From assembly GCF_004010195.1 (NCBI RefSeq), contig NC_057756.1, positions 4,696,504 to 4,759,367 on the forward strand: 62,864 nucleotides of DNA, read 5' to 3'. Source of the stretch: Chiloscyllium plagiosum (taxonomy: Eukaryota). This document shows, piece by piece, positions 37,849 to 51,579 of the stretch. Every line of letters begins with the position of its first letter. Position 1 is the first letter of the stretch. Position numbers and translations under genes: made by a program. The notes under the pieces are model-generated. The model worked only from the letters and a program-made list of their open reading frames with translations, did no database searches and had not been told where the DNA came from.

Positions 37849-38438
37849 TATCACAAAGCTGGTTCATTTTTGTTTCTAAGAGTTGTTCCTTTTCTCAAGG
37901 ATACCATGTTCTTGTTTTATATTTTCAGAGGGGTCATAACCACTCCCAGTGCCAATTAGAATGCTTTGGTACAGACACTAAAAGGTATTGAGAAACCTTT
38001 TTGTTTATATGTAAACGGATGAGACATCAGACCAAAGTTGTCATGTTTGAGAAGTGACTTGTATAAGGAAAGGGGCGTGGTCAGCTCTCTGGCTGAGCAG
38101 TTCAGTCTAGAACTAGTCAGAGGTTCCCAGTGAGCGTGGAAACTCTCTCTCTTTCTCTCTCTCTTTCTCTCCCTCCCTTTTCTCTCTCTTCTCTCTCTCT
38201 CCTTCTGCCCTTCTAACTTCAACCTGGTAAGCATCTTTTCCATTCTCAACTGTATTTTAAGAGGGTTTCCTTATGGATATTATTGTATATATTCGGAGCA
38301 GCATATTTAGTTTAGTTTGGACAGATTGAGTTCTGCAGCGGTTCTTTATTCCATTCTTGCGTTTCGTTGTGTAATTTTGTGAATAAATGCCTGTCTTTTT
38401 TAAAACCTAGTAGACAAAATATCCAACTTATTCTGGCT

Positions 38439-38937
38439 GGATGTGTCGGCTAGATTTCTGGAGGCAATCCCATTATGCATCATCACAACTAAAAGGGTTG
38501 TAAAGGAATTACTTTTTTTTATTGTTGCAGATTGCCAATAGAGATCCAGTCAGATCAAGGATCAAACTTCACATTCAAAACATTCAAGGAGGTTATGGAT
38601 AACTTGAGAATAAAACAATTCAAATCTACTGCGTAACATCCCAAATCGCAGTGAGCGCTAGTGAGATTGCATCAAACACTAAGGACCATGTTGAGGGCTT
38701 ATATCAGGATTATCCAGATGATTGAGATAAGGAAGTTCCATCTGTACTTTTTTGCGATCAGAGATGCACCAACTGAATCAACTAAATTCCATCCGTTTGA
38801 ATTAATTTTGGGGCGTGATGTAAGAGGACCGTTAAAATTGATTGAGGAGAAATTAATAAGTCAAAAATTCAGAGACCACCCATTTGGCCTATGTGTCAAA
38901 TTTTAGAGGACGATTAAATAGAGCTGGAGAGTTGGCT
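38439..38937 (+). repeat. 499-bp direct duplicate of integrase core 40791-41289
   Basis: About 11 differences by manual comparison; both copies share inactivating lesions. Confidence 0.95.
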
Positions 38938-39095
38938 CAGCATTGAAACCTGCTGGGAAAACCATCAGAATCCGTAGAAATGGCATGAATTTAATTGCAA
39001 ATGAAGCAGCCTGAGTTGGAGGCGAGAGATGAACAAAGGGCAGGAGAAATTGAACGGTTGAATTACAACTAAAAGCAGAAGTAAGGGAAAAACAC

Positions 39096-39200
39096 AGAGC
39101 AGCAGAAAAGGGGAAATAGTAAGAGCAGCAGAACAGAGAGAAAAAGAGAGAGCAGCAGAAGAGAGAGAAAAAGAAAGAGCAGCAGAAGAGAAAGAAAAAG
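39096..39200 (+). repeat. ~27-bp tandem repeat x4 in gag (AGAGCAGCAGAA...)
   Basis: AGAGCAGCAGAA recurs four times at 26-27 nt spacing. Confidence 0.8.
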
Positions 39201-41454
39201 AGGAAGCTTCTTAACTTCAGAAACTGACACTTAAAAAGGAAAGTCACCTTAAAAGGCTGGAGATAAAGGCTAAATTAACCTTACCGATGAAGTAGTGTGA
39301 ACTAATGAAGAGCAGAGAGCTAAAATGACAAGATTAACAGCTGAAGTTGCTGTTGATTATGAGCTGGTCCATAAATCACGGTTTGGCTTCCAGAATCAAT
39401 TTCAGTTCCTGAGGGATAGAAATTGGGGCAAAGAGAAATCATTACATGGAAAGGGAAAGGTAGATCTTAGTACAGGTCATAAGGATAGCTTACGTCAGGG
39501 TAAAAAAGAAACCATTGAGGGGACAAAGATGTTAAAAAAGCCGGTGTTTTCAATGTAATCAAGTGAGCCACACGAAATCAGTGTTGGTAGGCTAGGGGAA
39601 AGCCAAATGTAGGAAAACCGGACAAGCCTGGGAGTTTGTTGGACTTGTACCAAAAAGCACAAAGGAAGTTAGACAGCTGCCTCAGAGTGTATGAGATGAT
39701 CGGAGGTTGATGAAGGAGGAAGTGCTAGAAATGTTTTGAAAATGTACATGCAAGGATAAAGTTTATTCACATAGGCCAGGAGTAGCAGGTGAAGATGTTA
39801 CAATATTAAGAGACACAGGATTCTCTCAGTCTGTGATTCAGAAGGGTGAGGAGATATGTACTCCTGAGAGACTATTGCCAGAAAAAGTACTGTAACAGGA
39901 ATTCATGGTGAGACATAAACTGCTCAATTATGTAAAGTGAGACATGAGTGTCCAGAGAAGAGTGGAGAATTTGTGGTAGGAGTACTCAACAAACTCTCAG
40001 CTCCAATAATACAATTTGTCCTTGAAAATGATATAGCTGATTCACTGTTAGGCGTGCTGCCTACTGTGGTTGAAAAGCCAGTGGAGATGCAGGCAACTGA
40101 AGAAATGAAGAATGTTTGTCCAGGAATTTTCCCAGATTATTTGATCAAAAGGTCACAGAGGCACAAGCTGAAGCAGGAGGATTCAACAGGCACAGATAAG
40201 GAAGCTGACATAGCTTTATCTGAAATCTTTTTTGATCTGGTAAGTCGAACAGAGAAGGAACAAATAGGTAAACATGCAAGTATCGTTCGCTTTACAAACC
40301 TGATCAAATTACAGCGGAAAGATGAGAATGTAAAACAGTTATATCAAAATGCATAGTCAGGGAAGGAGCTTGAATGACTTCCTATGTGTTATTACTTAAC
40401 AAATGAAATCTTAATGAGGTAATGGAGACCATCACATAATCAAACAGATGAGAAATGGGCAGAGATTCATCAAAATGGTTTTACCAGTAGGGTATAGAAA
40501 GGAGGTACTGAGAATGGCACATGAGCGACCACTTGGAGGTCATTCAGGGGTGAGGAAAACACAGGCTAAGATACAAAGACATGTTTACTGGCCTGGACTA
40601 CTCAAGAATGCAGTTGAATTTTGCAAGACATGTCATATGTATCAGCTAATCAGAAAATGACAGGCAGTAATAAAACCTGCACCTTTTCTACCTATTCCAG
40701 CATTTGAGGAACCTTTCACAAGAGTCTTGATTCATTACATAGGTCCCCTCTATCAAGAACATAGTGGGAATAAGCATTATTGACAATAAAGGATGTGTCG
40801 GCTAGATTTCTGGAGGCAATCCCATTATGCATCATCACAACTAAAGGGGTTGTAAAGGAATTACTTTTTTTTTATTGTTGCTGATTGCCAATAGAGATCC
40901 AGTCAGATCAAGGATCAAACTTCACATTCAAAACATTCAAGGAGATTATGGATAACTTGAGAATAAAGCAATTCAAATCTACTGCGCAACATCACAAATC
41001 GCAGTGAGCGCTAGTGAGATGGCATCAAACACTAAGGACCATGTTGAGGGCTTATATCAGGATTATCCAGATGATTGAGATAAGGAAGTTCCATCTGTAC
41101 TTTTTTGCGATCAGAGATGCACCAAATGAATCAACTAAATTCCATCCGTTTGAATTAATTTTGGGGCGTGATGTAAGAGGGCCGTTAAAATTGATTGAGG
41201 AGAAATTAATAAGTCAAAATTCAGAGACCACCCATTTGGCCTATGTGTCAAATTTTAGAGGACGATTAAATAGAGCTGGAGAGTTGGCTAGACAACATTT
41301 AAAAGTATTGCAGTGTACAATGAAACAGGATGCGTTTAGAAATCGCAATTTCACAAATTTGCAATTGGAGATAAGGTATTGGTGCTACCTCCAGTAATAG
41401 GTGTGCCTTTAAAAGCAAATCGAGAGGAAAATGAGTGAAGTCAACTACTTCATA

Positions 41455-41662
41455 GAGAAAGTGAGGTCTGCAGATGCTGGAGATCAGAGATGGAAATGTG
41501 TTGCTGGAAAAGCGCAGCAGGTCAGGCAGCATCTAGGGAACAGGAGAATCGACGTTTCGGGCATTAGCCCTTCTTCAGGAAGGGATAATGCCCGAAACGT
41601 CGATTCTCCTGTTCCCTAGATGCTGCCTGACCTGCTGCACTTTTCCAGCAACACATTTCCAT
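41455..41662. mobile_element. PLE family B minimal hairpin (84-bp arms) with hammerhead on minus strand (41551-41578)
   Basis: 41490-41573 pairs with 41579-41662 (2 mismatches); flanks TACTTCATAGAGA / TACTTGATAGAGA. Confidence 0.92.
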
Positions 41663-44600
41663 ACTTGATAGAGACTCCAGACAGGAAGAAAACTCACAGA
41701 GTCATATGAATATGCTCAAAAGGTATTTTGAAAGGGAAGGAAAGCAAGAGGATAATGTGCTAATGATTGCAGCACACAAGGAAAAACCATGTTCAGAGGA
41801 TTCTGAATTCAATATTCCTCAAATCAAATTGGACAATGATGAGGTTGTCAAAAATTGGGATAAATTATTGATTTACTTCCACAAGAAAATCGAAATGACC
41901 TGAAAGCTATCACATGTGTAAATGTTCCATGGGGAGATGTGTGGAAATAAACTGGGAAATATTAACGTAATTGTGCATGATGCTGAGATCAGAGATGCTT
42001 TTCCGATTAAGCAACATCCTTATAGGCATAATCTTCTTAGGTTTAGAAGGAAATAGAATGCATGCTTCAAGATGGCACAATCGAAGTAAGTTGCAGTGAC
42101 TGGAGGTCAGTCATAGTCATGATGCCAAAGCCAGATGGTACCCAATAGTTATAGGTGGACTTTTGCAAAGTAAATGCCGTTACAAAGACTAGTGCATATC
42201 CAATTCCATGGTCGGAGGACTATGGCGAAAAAAACAGGAGAACTAACTTACATTTGTAAGTTGGACTTGCTCATAGGCTACTGGCAAGTACCCCTGTCAG
42301 AGAAAGCAAAGAAAATTTCAGCTTTCGTAATGCCAAATGGGATATAGCAGTTAACAGTCATGCCATTTAGTATGAAAACCCCTCCAGCCACATGCCACAG
42401 CCTGACAAATAAGGTAATTACTGGGCTTTACAACCGTGTGCTGCATATGGATGACCTGGTAATTTTTAGTCACTCGTGGATGGAACATTTACAGTGTTTA
42501 TCGGACTTGTTTGATCAACTTCGGAAGGCAGGACTCGTGGTAAACTTAGCTAAAAGCAAATTTGCCAAAGCCCAAGCCACCTTCCTGGGCCATGTTATTG
42601 GACGTGACCAAAAAGTCCCACGATGTGAAAACAAAAGTAATTGGGGAATTTCCCACACTCGACGAAAAAAGCTGTAGCACGGTTCCTGGGATTGAATGGA
42701 CTTTACCAAAAGTTTGTTCTGAACTGTAGCAATGCAGCTGCCCCATTCACCGAATTGCTAAAGAAAAGGTAAGAAGTTTTAGTGGACAGCAGGAGCATTT
42801 GACTTACGAAAAACTGTGCTAACCACTGCCCCATTATTAGCCACACGAGATTACACGAAGTCTTTCAAGGTGGCTATTGACGCCAGTGATGTGGGTATAA
42901 GTGCGGTCCTCCTGCAAGAGGATGTCGAGGGAATAGAAAGACTCATCGGGTATTTTTCCAGAAATTTGAACGTTCATCAACATAAATATTCAACGGTGGA
43001 GAAAGAGACTTTAAGTTTGGTGCTGGCATTGTAGCATTTCAGTGTTTATATTACCAACAATGTATCTGAGACAATTATATACACTGATCATAACGCATTG
43101 ACAGTTGTGGACAACTTTAAGGACAAAAAAAAACTGACTGTTTAGATGGAACTTGTTGTTGCAACCATTGGATTTGACAGTTGTGCATGTGCCAGGTCGT
43201 GAAAGTGTGATTGCCAAAGCATTAACATGATTTGAAAGAGATATGGAGACATTCAGTGGCGGGGGTGCCACATCCTGAATTTGCATGTGGTTATGCATGA
43301 TTGCATGCTTATAACTAGTATAGAGTATATGTGTGTTTCTAACCGGATTTTTGAAGGGTTTTTAAAATGAAGCCATTTTAGTGTATTCATTTGTCATTCT
43401 TTGAAGGGGTGAGTGTCCCAAAACTGGTTCCTTTTTCTCTGAAAGTCATTCTTTTTCTCAAGGATATTATGTCCTTTGCTTTTTTTTTTCAGAGGTGTTG
43501 TAAACGCTCCCGGTGTCAATTAGACTGGTTTGGTACAGAGATTAAAGAGTATTGAGAGGCATTTTTGTTTATATGTAAACAGATGAGACTTCAGACCAAC
43601 GTGGTAATGCTTTAGAAGTGACCTGCATGATGAAAGGAGAGTTGCCATCTCTCTAGCTGAGCAATTCAGTCCAGAACTAGTTAGGAGTTCAACAGTGAGC
43701 TGTGTGGAAACTCTCTCTCTCCCCTTTTACCCTTCTAACTTCAACCTGTAAGCATTGCTTCCATTTTTAACTGTGTTTTAAGGGGCTCTGCTTATTGGCA
43801 CTGTTGTAGATATTCGCAACAGCTTTATTAAGTTTAGTTTGGATAGACTGAGTTCTGTAGGAATCCTTTATTTTGTCTTTTGTGTTTCGTTGCGTAATTT
43901 TGTGAATAAATGTCTGTCAGTTTTAAAACCCAGTTGTCAACATAGCTAACTTATTCCAGGTAATCCTCACTATACGCTTAGCAAAACAAATTGCATAGCT
44001 ATGGTCTGGGTTGCCTGTTCAAGAAACGTTTTGAGTGGTCTGGCCTCGTCCATAACAGAATTAGACCGATTCTACTCAGGAAAGATATCAGAAAGGACTT
44101 CTGCTCGCAAAGAGTAGTGAAAGCTCAAAATTCTCTTCCTCAAATGTTGGTTCTTCTAATCCACTTGTTAAAATTAAATCTGAGATAGGCTTTGTTTTAT
44201 TAAGTAAGGTTATCAGGGACATCGGCCCAAAGCAGGCATTTGGAGTGTGGCCATTAATCACCCATGATCATATTGGGTGACAAAGCAGGCTCAATGGGCT
44301 AAATGGCCTATTCATGATGTTAGATTCCCATAAACAGAAACAATTCATTGCTTTCACCATCGACTTCACAATTATTTTCATCACTTAACGATTTACTAAT
44401 TATGCAGGAGTCGCTTTTTAAGGATTATCTTCTGTAAGTAGCATCCAGTGCTTGAAATAAGCACGTGTGATGAATTAAGGCGATAAGCTTTATCTATAAA
44501 TTCAATATGTCTTCATGGCAAGTTTGACATTTTATGGGATCATAACAGCCATGTAGATTCACAACTGGTAAACATGACCAGAAGCCATATATTTCTGGAG

Positions 44601-45289
44601 AAACTCAGTAGGTCCGGCAACACCTATGGAGAGAAAATAATTACCAGATCTCCAACATTTTCAGTTTTTTTTAAGGGGATTATATGCTTTAGAAAGTGAT
44701 TGCGATACGTATCAGCTTCAATCAAATAGTACAGCAGACTCAAAGGCCCCAATTGTGTTCCTATGACTTGTGGTTTTATTTTTTTTTAATTGTGTAAACG
44801 TGGGCACAATTACGTTTAGAATACATTTGAATAAGTGCACGAACAGGAATAGTTTGTCGCTTTGCAACATCTAAATTCATAACCTCAAATAATTATTGCA
44901 AAATGTACACGAACATTGAAGGTCTCCTGCTAAGACCACTTAGAGTCGCTTCCCTGCCACTATGGACTGTACAAGTCTTACAAATTTACCTCTGCATGCA
45001 CAAGAAACACAGAGCTGATCCGGAAAATAGTGCAGAAGGAAAACAACAGCTGGACAGAGAAAAGACGGTTTGGGTCACAAAAATCATGCGCAGAATTTCA
45101 AATTGATACAAATACACAGAATATATAGTGTAGTTAACAAAGCATACACTGCAGTTACATTTTTAAAAAACGAAAAGCACGTAGTACACGGACAGTCAGA
45201 GTAGGATCAAGATGGAAATCATATGCATAAGGAGAGACCCCATCTGTTCATATTTATACCTATACAATTTGTGTCAGCAACATGGCATT

Positions 45290-46462
45290 TGGCCACCATC
45301 ATCCCAGTACCTATGAAAACACATGCAATGTGTCTTAACGACTACTGCCCAGTTACTCAGACCTTCATAATCATGCAGTGATTAGAGAGACTGGCCATGA
45401 CCATCATCAACTCTAGTCTCCTCGCCTGTCTCGATCCCATACAATTTTCCTACTGATGTGCCAGGTCTACAGCGGATTACATTTCTGTAGCCCTGCATTC
45501 ATCTCTGGAACAAGGACACCTATTTTAGGCCACTGCTTATTGACTTTATCTCCGCCTGCAATGCCATTATCTCCTCCAGACTGATCTCAAAGCTTCCGGA
45601 CTTTGGTCTCGGCTCGGCCATCTGCAGCGGGATCCTCAGCTTTCTGACCCACAAACCGTGATTAGTGAATATGGATCGCGTCCACGATAAAATTCCACAC
45701 GGGAGACACGGAAGGATGCGTCCTCAGCTGCATACGTACTCCCTGTACACCCACCACTGTGTTACTAAATTCAGAATGAATGCCACCTACAAATTTGCTG
45801 AGGACACCACTGTAGTAAGATGGATGTCTAACAACCATGAGTAAGAATAGAGAAAGGAAATACAAGGCTTGTTGACGTGGGGCAATAAGTGCAATCTCTC
45901 TCTCAATGTCAGCAAGACTGAAGAACTGATCACTGACTTCAGAAAGAAAGGAAGAGAATACGCCCCTCTCTACATCAAAGGATCTGAAGTTAAGATGGTG
46001 GACAGCGTCAAGTTTCTGGGACTGTGTTGACGGACAACCTGGTTTGGACTTCCCACGTAGATGCAACTGGAAAGAAGGCATAACAAGGCCTCTTGTTCCT
46101 CAGGTAGCTCAGAAAATGTGGCACGTTCACAAGGATTCTCACTAACTTTTACAATTGTGCAATTGAAAGCACACTGTCCGTGTTCATAACGGCCTGGTGT
46201 GGCAACTGCTCCGCCCAAGACCTGAACACACTTCAGAAGTCAGTGTGCACAGCCCAGACCATCATAGAAGCCAACCTTCCATCCATGTGCTCCATTTACG
46301 TGGCTCAGCATCGCGGAAAGGATACCAATATCATGTAAGAGTCAATGGTGCTCTCCTACAACCTCTTCCGTCAGATAGAAGATGCAGAAGCTTGAACACA
46401 CACACCAGCAGATTCAGGGACAGCTTATTCGTGACCGTTACTAGACTGATGAATGGGCTCTA
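45290..46462 (+). mobile_element. Rex1/Babar LINE RT (decayed); 3' UTR resumes 50620-50793
   Basis: Degenerate DPIQFSY...STAD.IS.ALHSSLE, LLIDFISA.NAII.SRLISKL and KFAEDTTVV motifs typical of Rex1. Confidence 0.8.
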
Positions 46463-49400
46463 TTTTAGCAGTGGGAGTCGAGAGAGCACGAGCCGGGGGA
46501 TGCCCGCAAGCTAAGTTAGAATATTAAATATCTATCTCATGAATCAGCTGATCGAAGGCTGGAACAGGAGCGAAATTGTACACGGGGACTGCTGGGTAAG
46601 TACACGAACATATTCTGGCAGTGGCTAAGCACGAAATACTATACGTGTTGTGTCTCCCACCATCCTCTTCTCAGCAATAAAAAAGGACTCTGTGAAGGGT
46701 TAGGAAGCTAAGGCGTTTTTAAAATCTTTTTTTGACAATTTAGAGCAGTGGGAATGGAATCTACGAAAGCTGCATTCTCCTCTTGCAGGCTGTGGGAGGT
46801 AAAGGGTCACCATTAGTGTCTCTGCTGACTTCACCCAACTCCAGCTCCTCATAGACCATGATAGGGAACTTGAGCTGGAGCTAGAGGAGCTTCGAATCGT
46901 TGAGGCTGAGAGAGGAGTTATCGGGAGGTAGTCATACCTAAGTTACAGGATAGAACAAGCTGGGTGACCATGAGGAGAGGGAAAAGGAATAGGTAGAAAG
47001 TGCAGAGAACCCCTGTGGCCGTTCCCCTCCACAATAAGTATACGGCTCTGAATATTGTTGGAAGGGGCAACCTGCAAGGAGAAAGCCAAAGCATTCATGT
47101 TTCTGGCACTGAGCCTGGCTCTGTTGCTCAGAAGGAAAGGGGGAAGAATAGGAGAGTGATAGTGACAGGAGATTCAATAGTTACAGTAACAAACAGATGA
47201 TTCCGTGGTCATGAACGAGACTCACGGTTGCTTGTTGCCTCTGGCTGCCATGGTCAGGGATGTCTCGGATCAAGTCGACAAGATTCTCAAAGGGGAGGGC
47301 GGGCATCCAGAAGTTGTGGCACAGAGTGGCACCAATGACACAAGTAGGAAAAGGGATGAGGACCTGAAATGTGAATACATGGAGTTAGGTTAGAAGCTAA
47401 AAGGCATAACAAGCAGCGTAGTGATCTCAGAATTATTAGTGAGGCTAGCAACAGAGAGCAAATGCAGCTTAACACATGGCTGCAGAGCTACTGTAGCAAG
47501 GAAGGCTGCAGAAATGTGGGTCATTGACATACCTTTTAGTGAAGGCATTACTTGTACAAGAAGGGTGGGTTGTACCTGAACTGGAGGCGTACCAACATCC
47601 AGGGTGGGAGGTGTGCTAGAGCTCTTTGGGATGGTTTAAACCAGTTTGGGATGGAAATGGGAAACTGCAGCTACACAGCAGAGGATGGGGTACCTGGTTA
47701 ACAGAGAGATACTGCGCGCAGACAGTCTGTGAGGAAGGATAGACAGTTGATAGGGCAACTTTGCAGTCAGTGTGATGGGTTGAAGTGTGCCAATTTAACG
47801 CAAGGAGCACCAGAAATAAGGGTGACGAGCTTAGAGCATGTGTGGGTACATGGAGCTACGATGTTATGGAGACTTGAATATCACAGGGGGAGGAAAGGTT
47901 GTCGAATGACCTGGGGTTTAAATGTTACAAAAGGAATGGGGGTAACATGAATAGAGATAGGGGAGTGAAATTACTAATCAAAGATAGTATCACATCTGTA
48001 GAAAGGGAGGGCATTGAGGAGGGTTTGTCGGCTGAGTCATTATAAGAGGAAGTCAGAAATAGGAAAATAGCAGGCACTTCATTGGGATTTGCCTGTAGAC
48101 ACTCCAAAAGCAACAGACACAGGAATGAGCAGATTAAGAGGCAGATTTTGGAAAGATGCATAAGTAATAGAGCTGTTGTCATGGGTGACTTCAACTTCAC
48201 CAACATGAATTGAAAACTCCTTAGTGCAAATAGTTTAGATGGAGCAGATTTTGTCAGGTGTATGATTCCAGACTCAATATTTAGGTAGGCTGACTAGAGG
48301 GGAAGCCATATTGGATTTGGTGCTTGACAACTAAACAGTTCAGGTGCCAGGTCTCTTGGTAGGAGAGCAATTCAGTGATAGGGATCACAACTCGCTGACC
48401 TTTACAATATACATGGAGAGTTGAGAGCGTGCTGCTGGAAAAGCACAGCAGGTTAAGTAACATCCGATGAGCAGGAGAATCGATGTTTTGGACATAAACT
48501 CTTCATTAGCAGTGAGGAATCAAGGAGAGGAATAGCATCAGACGGTCTAAGAAAGTATTTAATTGGTCGAGGGGGAATTACAATGCTATTAGGCAGAAAC
48601 TGTGGAGCATAAATTGGAAGCTGATGTTCTCAGGGATATGCACGGCAGACATGTGGCAGCTTTTTAGAGAATACTTGCCACGTGTGCTAGATAGGTTTGT
48701 CCCACTGAGGCAAGGAAGGGATGGTGAAGGAACTTTGGGTGTCAAAAGAAAGAAAGAAGCTTACTTAAAGTTGAGGAAGGAAGTATCAGACAGAGCTCTA
48801 GACAGTTACAAGGTAGCCAGGAAGGAACTGAAGAATGAATATAGGAGAGCTCGAAAGGGGCATGAAAAAGCCTTGGCAGGTAGGATTAAGGAAAACCTCA
48901 AGGCAATGTGCATTTATGTGAGGAACAAGTGGATGGCCAGTGTGAGGATAGGGCAGATCGGGGATAGTGGAGTGAACTTGTGCATGGTGTTGGAGAGTAA
49001 AGGTGGTCCTGAATGAATAGTTTGCTTCAGTATTTACTAGTGTATTCACCTTGTCGTTTATAACGTCAACGTGAAACAGGCTGATACTCTCGAGCTGGAA
49101 ATTTTGAAATACGTGATATATCTGGACCACATGGGATTTAAGTAAGGTTACAACAGGAAGTCAGGGAAGAGATTGCTGCACCGTTGGTGATGATCTTGGC
49201 ATCCTCACTGTCCACTGGAGTCGTACAAGATGATTGAAGGTTGGCAAATGTTGTTCTCTCGTTCAAGAAAACGAATGGGGATAATCCTGGGAATTACAGA
49301 CCAGTCAGTCTGACATCTGTAGTGGGCAAATTATTAGAAAGGACTCTAAGAGACAGGATTTATGATTATTTGAAAAACCATAGCTTGATTAAAGATAGTC

Positions 49401-50619
49401 ACCACGACGTTGTGAGGGATAGTTCGTGCCTCAAAACCCTTATTGAGTTCTTTGAGGGTATGATGAAACTATTGATAAAGGTAGAGCAGTGGATGTGATG
49501 AATATGGATTTTATCAAGGTATTTGATAAGTTTTCCCGTGGTAGGCTTATTCAGAAAGTAAGGAGTCATGGGGTATATGGAAATTTGGATGTCTGGATTA
49601 AAACCTCAACTGGCCCATAGAAGACAGAGATTTATAGTATGCAGCCTGGAACTCGGTGACCAGTCGTGTTCTGCAGGGATCTGTGCTTTGTGATTTTCAG
49701 AAATGACTTGATGAGGAAGTAGAAGGCTGGTTTAGTAGGTTTGCCAGTGACACGAAGATTGATGGAGTTGTTGATACTGTGAAGGGCTGATGCACGTGGC
49801 ACCAGATCATTGATAGGATGTGGAACTGAGCTCGTAAGTGGCACATGGCGTACACCCTGGAAAAGTGTGAGGCCCTTCACTTTGGAAGATCGAATTTGAA
49901 TGCAGATTTCAGGCTTAAAGGCAGGATTCTTTACAGTTTGGAGGAACAGAGAAATGTTGGAGTCCACATCCATAGAGACCTCAAAGTGCGACCCAAGTTA
50001 ATTGCGTTGTTCAATGGCTTGTATGTTCATAAGCAGGAAAATTGAGTTTCAGAACCACGGAGGTTATGCTGCAGCTCTACAAAGACCTGGTTCTACCACA
50101 CTTGGAATATTGTATTCAGTTCAAGTCACCTCATTATAGGAAGGATGCAGGCGCTTTAGAGAGACAGTGCAAAGCAGATTTAACAGGATGTTGCCTGGAC
50201 TGGAAAACATGTCTCATGAAGATATGTTGAGGGAGCTAGGGCTTTTATCGTTAGAGCGAAGATGGATGAGAGGTGTCTTGATAGAGGTATGCAAGATGAT
50301 GGGAGGCATAGATAGAATGGATAGTCAGAGACTTTTTCCAGGGCAGAAATGACAGTCAAGCAGAGGCATCGTTTTAATGTGATTAGAGGAAGGTTTACAG
50401 AGGTACGTTTTTTACACAGAGAGCAGTGGTGCGTGAAATGCACTGTCAGCAGTGGTTGTAGATACATTAGGGATATTTGAGTGACTCTTGGATAGGCACA
50501 TGAATGATAGTAAAATGTAGGGCACGTAGGTTAGTTTGATCTCAGAGTAGGATAAAAGGTCGGCACAAAACTGAGAACTGAAAGACATGCACTGTGCTGC
50601 ACTGTTCTATGTTTTATAA
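46463..50619 (+). mobile_element. Near full-length CR1 LINE (ORF1 esterase-type, ORF2 EN-RT), decayed
   Basis: ORF1 VPLHNKY...VIVTGDSIV...GTND; EN VMGDFNF; RT PGNYRPVSLTSVVGKLLE; CTCTA duplicated at 46458-46462 / 50620-50624; PLE-B scrap at ~48421-48510. Confidence 0.9.
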
Positions 50620-51579
50620 CTCTAACTTCAAGTAATGATGATCTTGCTAATGTTGATCTTGTCTCGCGCATGCCCTGTGTGATGTAATGTGCAAGCTTTT
50701 GTCACCACCTTTTGTTTTCACCTATTACTTTATGTACTTCTCATAAGCAAAGCTTTTCACTGTTCTTAGGTACTCGTGACCATAAATAAATCAGATAACG
50801 ACTATTCAAGTGAGCCAAGGCATAGGCAAAGTTTCTAATTACATCCAATTGACTGAAGAGCAACATTATGGTGCTTTACCAATTTCAGACAGCTTCACCA
50901 CACACCGCAATATTTTTTTTTTCTACAGGAAACTTCCCTAATATTTAAACATTTCTGCTAATGGATGCTAAATTTCTGGTATGTGAGGCAAAAAAATTAG
51001 CATAATTTAGGGATTCATTAGTTAATTACACTTCAATGTTCGTATAAAGAAACATGACCAGAACTGGTGTGGATGATTAGGATTGAGATATAAACTCAGT
51101 GTCAAAGAACAAACAGTCTACACCAAATTATTGTGGTCTCAGCCTATCCCTCACAGCCAAGTTTTGTGGCCCACAAACAAGATAAATCTTAATTTCAATA
51201 ATATTACTTTCTGTCCTGTTTCAGTCTAACTACTTGAAATGCCATTTGTGATTCCAGTATTACACATTCTACCAGTAATTTGTACATATTCGTACATGTT
51301 TGTACATCTAGGCATTCTGATAGCATGTTCTAGTTGCCATAGCTCTACCAAAGCCCGTCAGAAGCCTCCCAAGCAGCACGAGAATAATTTCCCCTATGGT
51401 GCACTTCTTTCCGCCTCTACAAATCTCATCAACCCACAACGTCTCCCACTGATCAATGAAGCAAAAGATCTTTCTTCACACTGTATCTTTCGTTCGTATT
51501 AGCCTTTGCAAACACAACCACTTTTCAGACAATGAATTCCACACTCGTACCATCATTTGAGTGAAGCAGAATTGTGCCT

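Larger units (their letters stand above)
37849..44057 (+). mobile_element. Gmr1-like Gypsy LTR retrotransposon copy 2 (gag-PR-INT-RT-RH), decayed
   Basis: GAAT TSD (37845-37848 / 44058-44061); 5' LTR 37849-~38434; purine tract 43403-43413; 3' LTR 43414-44057. LRDTG protease ~39805; integrase HERPLGGH...CKTC ~40520; RT HMDDLVIFS ~42445; RNase H IDASDVG / YSTVEKE ~42875-43010. Confidence 0.93.
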
